Part shown: positions 59,032-64,000 of the stretch, one piece after another
Position numbering within the stretch: the stretch's first letter is position 1
How the letters are laid out: every line of letters starts with the position of its first letter
Assembly (NCBI RefSeq): GCF_009901585.1
Contig: NZ_WXYO01000002.1
Location: forward strand, 92,769 to 156,768
Direction: 5' to 3'
Source of the DNA: Poritiphilus flavus
Lineage (GTDB): Bacteria > Bacteroidota > Bacteroidia > Flavobacteriales > Flavobacteriaceae
Length of the DNA: 64,000 nucleotides
Translations under genes and position numbers: made by a program
The notes under the pieces: generated by a model
Told to the model about the DNA's origin: nothing
Seen by the model: only the letters and a program-made list of their open reading frames with translations
Databases searched by the model: none

Positions 59032-60546
59032 TTACGACCTGACGTAGATCTTTTGGTACTCACTGGGAGTCAGTTGAGTATCTTTTTTGAAGGCTTTATT
59101 AAAAGTTACTTTATTGTTGTAACCGACTTCATAAGCAATATCTATGATATTTAAATTCTTCTTGCGATCACTATCCAGGATTTTCTTGGCTTCTTCAATC
59201 CTGTACTTGTTGATAAGTTCATGGAAACTCATCTCAAAGTGTTCGTTGATCACCTGTGAAGCGTTGTGTCTTGTAGTGTTTAATCTGGAGGCCAATAATT
59301 CCAAGCTGATATCGCTCTCTTTGTAGATCTTTTCCATTTCGAAAAGGGCTATGAGCTGATCCTTCAGTTCTATGGATAAACTGCTGGTGAGGCCGGACTT
59401 TTTGTACTTAAAGAATAGAGGATTCTTATAGGCGAAGGTTCCGCTGAAAACATTTGGTTGCACATTGGCGGAATAGCCGATATACAAAACCATAAGTGCC
59501 ATACTGATTACCTGCATGTGGTAGAAGAATCCCGAATTGATATGATTGGTTATTAAAGTTCCGTATACGGCATAGGTAATAATGTAGAATACATGAATAA
59601 AATAGATATTGCGCTGCCAGATCCTGTTCTCCGTCGGTAACTCCTGTTCCTGCTTGCTCTTCAAATAGAGCTTGCGGATAAAGAACGCGTAAATGCCTAA
59701 AGACAGTAGCTTTAGGGAGACAAGGATGACCAGGTAGGAGGAGTCTCCAGGATTGTAACCGGCAATGGTACGTTCCAGCATCAACTGTAGTTTATCGTCT
59801 GCCGGCAAGGCGTAAATAGGCAGTATATAAAAAAGGAACAACACTGTGGGCAACAGATGTAGTAGGTCTATTTTCTTGAATTTATGCTGCTGCGTGATTC
59901 GCTTAAAATAAAAGTATAGCAGTGGGCCATACAGAAATATAAATACCGTCGACATCAAATAAGAATGTGGGAACTCATACTGATAATTCGTGATCAGCAG
60001 GCAGATATGAAAAATGAAGAAGGAGTGAATGAAAACAAACAGGCTGATCAGTATCCGGGCTACGAAGTCGATCTTTCGGTTAAAGTTGATCACCACGGCA
60101 ATGTAAAAGCCGACAAACGCAACGTATAAATACACTAAGGCCCAGCCGTTTATCTTTGGGGTATATTTCCTGATCACCTCTTTGAATTCAGGGGCCTTTT
60201 GAATTGTGGTAAAGCCTTCACTATAGAGGAAACTCGTGTTGAATTCCTTTAAAAAGTAGCGTTCTATATGATCTGCCGCCTCGCTTGCTTTTCCCAGGCT
60301 TGCAGCGCTAAGCGCCATGTTTCTGTAGATCTTGGCACTGTCTCCTGATGCGCCTGGAAGTGCGGCTTTGAGGGATGGTACGGGTTTTTTGTTTACAACA
60401 GGGGGTTGAATAAGATCGGCCTCAGCCAGGCTTTGAATATTATTTTGAAAACTTTCGCCAAAATAATCTGCATTTCCTATCGGGGCTATAGGATAACCAT
60501 ATCCGACATAGAAAAGAAACAATAAAACAAGGCGAACCCGTCCCAT
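59032..60546 (-). CDS. Membrane-embedded AraC-family regulator: signal/TPR-like N-domain, ~6 TM helices, C-terminal AraC HTH
   Basis: 'TRHNASQVINEHFEMSFHELINKYRIEEAKKIL…' AraC HTH. Hydrophobic core region. Confidence 0.7.
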   Translation of the reverse strand: MGRVRLVLLFLFYVGYGYPIAPIGNADYFGESFQNNIQSLAEADLIQPPVVNKKPVPSLKAALPGASGDSAKIYRNMALSAASLGKASEAADHIERYFLKEFNTSFLYSEGFTTIQKAPEFKEVIRKYTPKINGWALVYLYVAFVGFYIAVVINFNRKIDFVARILISLFVFIHSFFIFHICLLITNYQYEFPHSYLMSTVFIFLYGPLLYFYFKRITQQHKFKKIDLLHLLPTVLFLFYILPIYALPADDKLQLMLERTIAGYNPGDSSYLVILVSLKLLSLGIYAFFIRKLYLKSKQEQELPTENRIWQRNIYFIHVFYIITYAVYGTLITNHINSGFFYHMQVISMALMVLYIGYSANVQPNVFSGTFAYKNPLFFKYKKSGLTSSLSIELKDQLIALFEMEKIYKESDISLELLASRLNTTRHNASQVINEHFEMSFHELINKYRIEEAKKILDSDRKKNLNIIDIAYEVGYNNKVTFNKAFKKDTQLTPSEYQKIYVRS

Positions 60547-60730
60547 TTAGTGATTGATGAATTAGCGTTTGCATGAAATTAGTTAATATATGTGCCCAGA
60601 AATCTTAAATTTCTCTTAAAAAAGGTAAGCCCCGATAATAATTTACCTTTTAGAAGTGGCCGGAATCCCCTTGTAACCAGCTAAATAGGATAATTATCAA
60701 TAATATGGAAGAATACAGAGAATATGTTAA

Positions 60731-60760
60731 CAAAAAACCCCGACCGGCAGGTCGGGGTTT
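60731..60760 (-). terminator. Rho-independent terminator
   Basis: Minus strand: aaccccgacc-tgcc-ggtcggggtt followed by TTTTTTG. Confidence 0.7.
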
Positions 60761-60907
60761 AAAACTAACTAACTCAAAAAATACTAACTCAAATAATTCG
60801 GTATTGAAACTGTAAAGCCTTTTCCAGTCGGGAAAAAATTTTAACAGTTATATTTTAAACGGGGAAATCCCAGGTATATTGTGGTGATTATTAGGAATTT
60901 TCGCCCT

Positions 60908-61618
60908 TTAATCCTGCAAGGCAAAAACCCTTTGAAGTAAGGTGGTCGTCCTTGAAGAAACCTGATCGCGAATCGCTTTTTCCTCTACCGCTATCATCGT
61001 AAAAACCCCCTTGAGCGCTTCGGTGGTTACATAGTCTGTAAGATCTGGATTTACAGGTTTTACCAGAGGGATTGTGTTGTACCTGGTAATCAGTTTGCTC
61101 CAGACCTGATCCGCACCAACTTTCTTAAATGAGCTCTGGATCACCGGATTGAACCTGGCATAGAGCGGGTCCCTGGTTTTACCGGATAGATACTGTGTAG
61201 CCGCGTCCTGAGTACCCAGTAATATATTCCTGGCATCATTGAACGTAATACCCTTTACTGCATCCACAAAAATGGGCGTGGCTTCTCCTACGGCTTTTTC
61301 TGCTGCCCGATTGAGCAGCAGCAGCCCTTCGTCCGCAAGTTTACCGAGTCCGATATCCCTAAGAGTCTTATCCACTTTCTGAAGTTCCTCGGGTAAGAGG
61401 ATCTTCACCAACTGGTTTTTATAGAAGCCATCAACTGCGGTGAGTTTGCTCACCTGCTTGTCAATACCCATCTGCAGCGCCTCCCTGAGGCCGTTAGCAA
61501 TTTCGGCATTTGTAATCGGGGCACCTCCGCCGGGAAGCTGATTTACAACCTGTTGTAATTCGCCACAGGCCGTGGCGGTCAATACCAATAGAATGAGGAA
61601 TAGCTTTTTCATAGACAT
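60908..61618 (-). CDS. Lipoprotein, DUF4197-like. Start taken at 'MSMKKLF'
   Basis: Lipobox 'TATACG'. No catalytic motifs. Confidence 0.45.
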   Translation of the reverse strand: MSMKKLFLILLVLTATACGELQQVVNQLPGGGAPITNAEIANGLREALQMGIDKQVSKLTAVDGFYKNQLVKILLPEELQKVDKTLRDIGLGKLADEGLLLLNRAAEKAVGEATPIFVDAVKGITFNDARNILLGTQDAATQYLSGKTRDPLYARFNPVIQSSFKKVGADQVWSKLITRYNTIPLVKPVNPDLTDYVTTEALKGVFTMIAVEEKAIRDQVSSRTTTLLQRVFALQD

Positions 61619-61682
61619 AGAACGTCTGTATATGAGGAATTGTTTTGTGAAGGACTTAATTCTTAGTATAGCCGGAGTAGAA

Positions 61683-62531
61683 CTAGGAAAAAATGACCGT
61701 TTTATTGTTGTATACCATGGTCTTGCGATCAATATGTAAGTGCACTGCTCTGGCCAGCACTATCTTTTCCAGGTCCCTTCCCTTGGCAATGAAGTCCTTA
61801 ACAGTATGCGCGTGTGAAACCGGTGTAACATCCTGTTCAATGATAGGGCCGGCATCTAACTCCTCCGTAACGTAATGGCTGGTAGCGCCTATGATCTTGA
61901 CACCACGCTCAAAAGCCGCATGATAAGGTTTTGCTCCTGCAAAAGCGGGAAGAAAAGAGTGGTGAATATTAATTATTCTATACGGGAACTCACTGATGAT
62001 CTTTGAGGTCACGATCTGCATATAACGAGCTAGCACGATGAAGTCAATCTTATATTCCTTCAGCAATTCCAGCTGCCGGTCTTCCGCCTTAGCTTTGGTA
62101 TCACGGGTCACGGGAATATGGTAAAAAGGAATGTCAAATTGCTTTGCAATATATTCCAGATCCAGATGGTTGCTCAAAATAAAAGGGATCTCAACCACCT
62201 TTTCTCCGGAACTGAACCTGCTTAGAAGATCGTAAAGGCAGTGATCGTACCTGGAAACAAACAAGGCCATTCTGGGTCTTAAGTGATCCAGATTCAGATT
62301 CCATTCCATATTGTAAGGCCCGGCCAGCTGCTCAGAAAAGCTCTTCTCAAAATCCCAAGGCAGCGACTGCCCTTCGAATTCGCACTCCAACCGCATAAAA
62401 AATACACCAACTTCTTTGTCAACATGTTGGTCCAGGTAGGTGATATTCCCGCCCTGGGCATGGATAAAGCCGGTAACCGCGCTGATAATACCTGCCTGAT
62501 CCGGACAGTGAATGAGTATGGTTGCTTTCAA
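61683..62531 (-). CDS. purU: Formyltetrahydrofolate deformylase
   Basis: N-terminal ACT domain plus 'IINIHHSFLPAFAGAKPYHAAFERGVKIIGATSHYV', near-identical in pattern to E. coli PurU. Confidence 0.9.
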   Translation of the reverse strand: MKATILIHCPDQAGIISAVTGFIHAQGGNITYLDQHVDKEVGVFFMRLECEFEGQSLPWDFEKSFSEQLAGPYNMEWNLNLDHLRPRMALFVSRYDHCLYDLLSRFSSGEKVVEIPFILSNHLDLEYIAKQFDIPFYHIPVTRDTKAKAEDRQLELLKEYKIDFIVLARYMQIVTSKIISEFPYRIINIHHSFLPAFAGAKPYHAAFERGVKIIGATSHYVTEELDAGPIIEQDVTPVSHAHTVKDFIAKGRDLEKIVLARAVHLHIDRKTMVYNNKTVIFS

Positions 62532-62673
62532 AATCGTACTTTTAGGGTGTAAAATTATAGCATAAAGAATCTACGGTAGTCAAAGGCAAATATTTTTATA
62601 AAATTCTGATAATAAGGTTATTTTTTTTGCATTTTCCGTAAATTGCACCCTCTAAATTGACCATTTATTGTTA

Positions 62674-64000
62674 ATGAAGCAAGAAAAGCCGTATAAGCCA
62701 AAAAATAAGATTAGAATTGTTACCGCAGCCTCCTTGTTCGACGGGCACGATGCCGCAATAAACATCATGCGACGGATTATACAGGCTACCGGAGTGGAGG
62801 TCATCCACCTGGGACACGACAGAAGCGTCGCTGAGGTAGTAGATTGCGCGATCCAGGAAGATGTCAATGCCATTGCCATGACCTCTTACCAGGGTGGGCA
62901 TAATGAATATTTCAAATATATGTACGACCTGCTCCAGGAACGAGGGGCCGGGCATATCAAGATCTTTGGAGGTGGCGGAGGGGTGATACTTCCCAAAGAG
63001 ATAGAAGCACTAATGAAGTATGGTATCACCCGAATCTATTCCCCGGATGACGGCAGGAAGATGGGACTTCAGGGTATGATAAACGACCTGGTGATCCAAA
63101 GTGATACCGAGGTGCCGGAACTCTGTCTGCCAAAAGCGAAGAAGTTGAAGCAATGTCTGGAAGAAAAACAAGCGGGTGTGCTGGCTCGTTTGATCAGCCT
63201 GGCTGAGAACAGACCGGAAGAATTCGAAAAACACTTCAATTCCCTCGAAAATAGTCCAAAAGAACCTCCTGTACTGGGTATTACCGGCACAGGTGGAGCT
63301 GGTAAGTCGAGCCTTGTAGACGAGTTAGTGCGCCGATTTTTGATGGATTTTCCCGATAAGCATATCGGGATTATTTCTGTTGACCCGTCCAAGCGGAAAA
63401 CCGGCGGGGCTTTGCTGGGAGACCGGATACGGATGAATGCCATTAATAACGAGCGGGTTTATATGCGCTCACTGGCCACTAGGCAATCCAACCTGGCCCT
63501 TTCTAAATATGTGAGTGAAGCCGTCAGGGTTCTAAAAGCCGCTGCCTTCGACCTTATTATTCTGGAGACCTCAGGTATAGGCCAATCGGATACGGAGATC
63601 ATAGAACACAGCGACGTTTCTCTATACGTTATGACCCCGGAGTTCGGTGCGGCCACACAACTGGAAAAAATAGACATGCTTGATTTTGCCGACCTGGTGG
63701 CGATAAACAAGTTTGATAAGCGCGGAGCATTGGACGCCCTCAGGGATGTCCGCAAGCAATACGTACGCAATCATGGACTATGGGAAGAGGAAGACGAATC
63801 TCTGCCCGTATATGGTACTATAGCCTCGCAGTTCAACGACCCGGGCATGAATCTTTTGTATACCCGGCTTATGGAAAAGCTGGATGCAAAAACCAATGCC
63901 GGACTGCAAAGTAAATTGGAATTGAGCGATGAAATGTCGGAAAAAAGGTATGTGATCCCACCTGCAAGAACGCGCTACCTTTCCGAAATATCCGAAAACA
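62674..64000 (+). CDS. icmF: IcmF-like fused acyl-CoA mutase, N-terminal B12-binding plus MeaB-type G-domain. 3'-truncated at window edge and absent from the ORF track
   Basis: '[21 protein letters not shown]' B12-binding Rossmann motif. '[17 protein letters not shown]' P-loop. '[14 protein letters not shown]'. 'NKFDK'. Confidence 0.75.
   Translation, partial: MKQEKPYKPKNKIRIVTAASLFDGHDAAINIMRRIIQATGVEVIHLGHDRSVAEVVDCAIQEDVNAIAMTSYQGGHNEYFKYMYDLLQERGAGHIKIFGGGGGVILPKEIEALMKYGITRIYSPDDGRKMGLQGMINDLVIQSDTEVPELCLPKAKKLKQCLEEKQAGVLARLISLAENRPEEFEKHFNSLENSPKEPPVLGITGTGGAGKSSLVDELVRRFLMDFPDKHIGIISVDPSKRKTGGALLGDRIRMNAINNERVYMRSLATRQSNLALSKYVSEAVRVLKAAAFDLIILETSGIGQSDTEIIEHSDVSLYVMTPEFGAATQLEKIDMLDFADLVAINKFDKRGALDALRDVRKQYVRNHGLWEEEDESLPVYGTIASQFNDPGMNLLYTRLMEKLDAKTNAGLQSKLELSDEMSEKRYVIPPARTRYLSEISEN

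Noticed and set aside
62652-63770. Five minus-strand ORFs of 60–124 aa
   Set aside because: They are antisense shadows of the + strand icmF-like gene, whose frame is continuous with strong motifs.

Overview
This window reads as a Bacteroidota-type chromosomal segment of about 40% GC. The lineage call is inferred from two SusC/SusD pairs, a type III glutamine synthetase, a LytS/LytTR pair, a 7TMR-DISM hybrid kinase with an AraC tail, a BlaI/BlaR1 pair and an IcmF-like mutase. I support about 55 CDS, one tRNA-Arg(ACG) and several intrinsic terminators. The right third, roughly 36–64 kb, is mostly housekeeping (glnII/glnN, purM, ApbE, prfA, pyrF, purU, icmF) plus two tandem SusC/SusD loci governed by a triplicated control module. 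The left two thirds look accessory. They hold a HigA-like/AbiEii-type nucleotidyltransferase pair, three tandem NTF2-like paralogs next to LytS/LytTR, an M43 protease/GNAT/hydrolase-AraC cluster and two beta-lactamase-family hydrolases, one under BlaI/BlaR1. The structure I could not place in any known class is a 2.6-kb, almost ORF-free tract at 26.7–29.4 kb directly downstream of tRNA-Arg. It carries seven direct copies of the tRNA 3' end at about 160–183-bp periodicity. Three of the intervening units form a hairpin-rich 175-bp repeat. That repeat's terminal ~62-bp double-hairpin module is also dispersed in at least four intergenic sites elsewhere in the window. Two further ORF-track artefacts matter for reading the window. 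The repeat tract and the 3' end of the window are covered by ORFs that are translated repeats or antisense shadows. The real + strand icmF-like gene is missing from the track because it has no stop inside the window. No integrase, transposase, CRISPR array or rRNA is visible.
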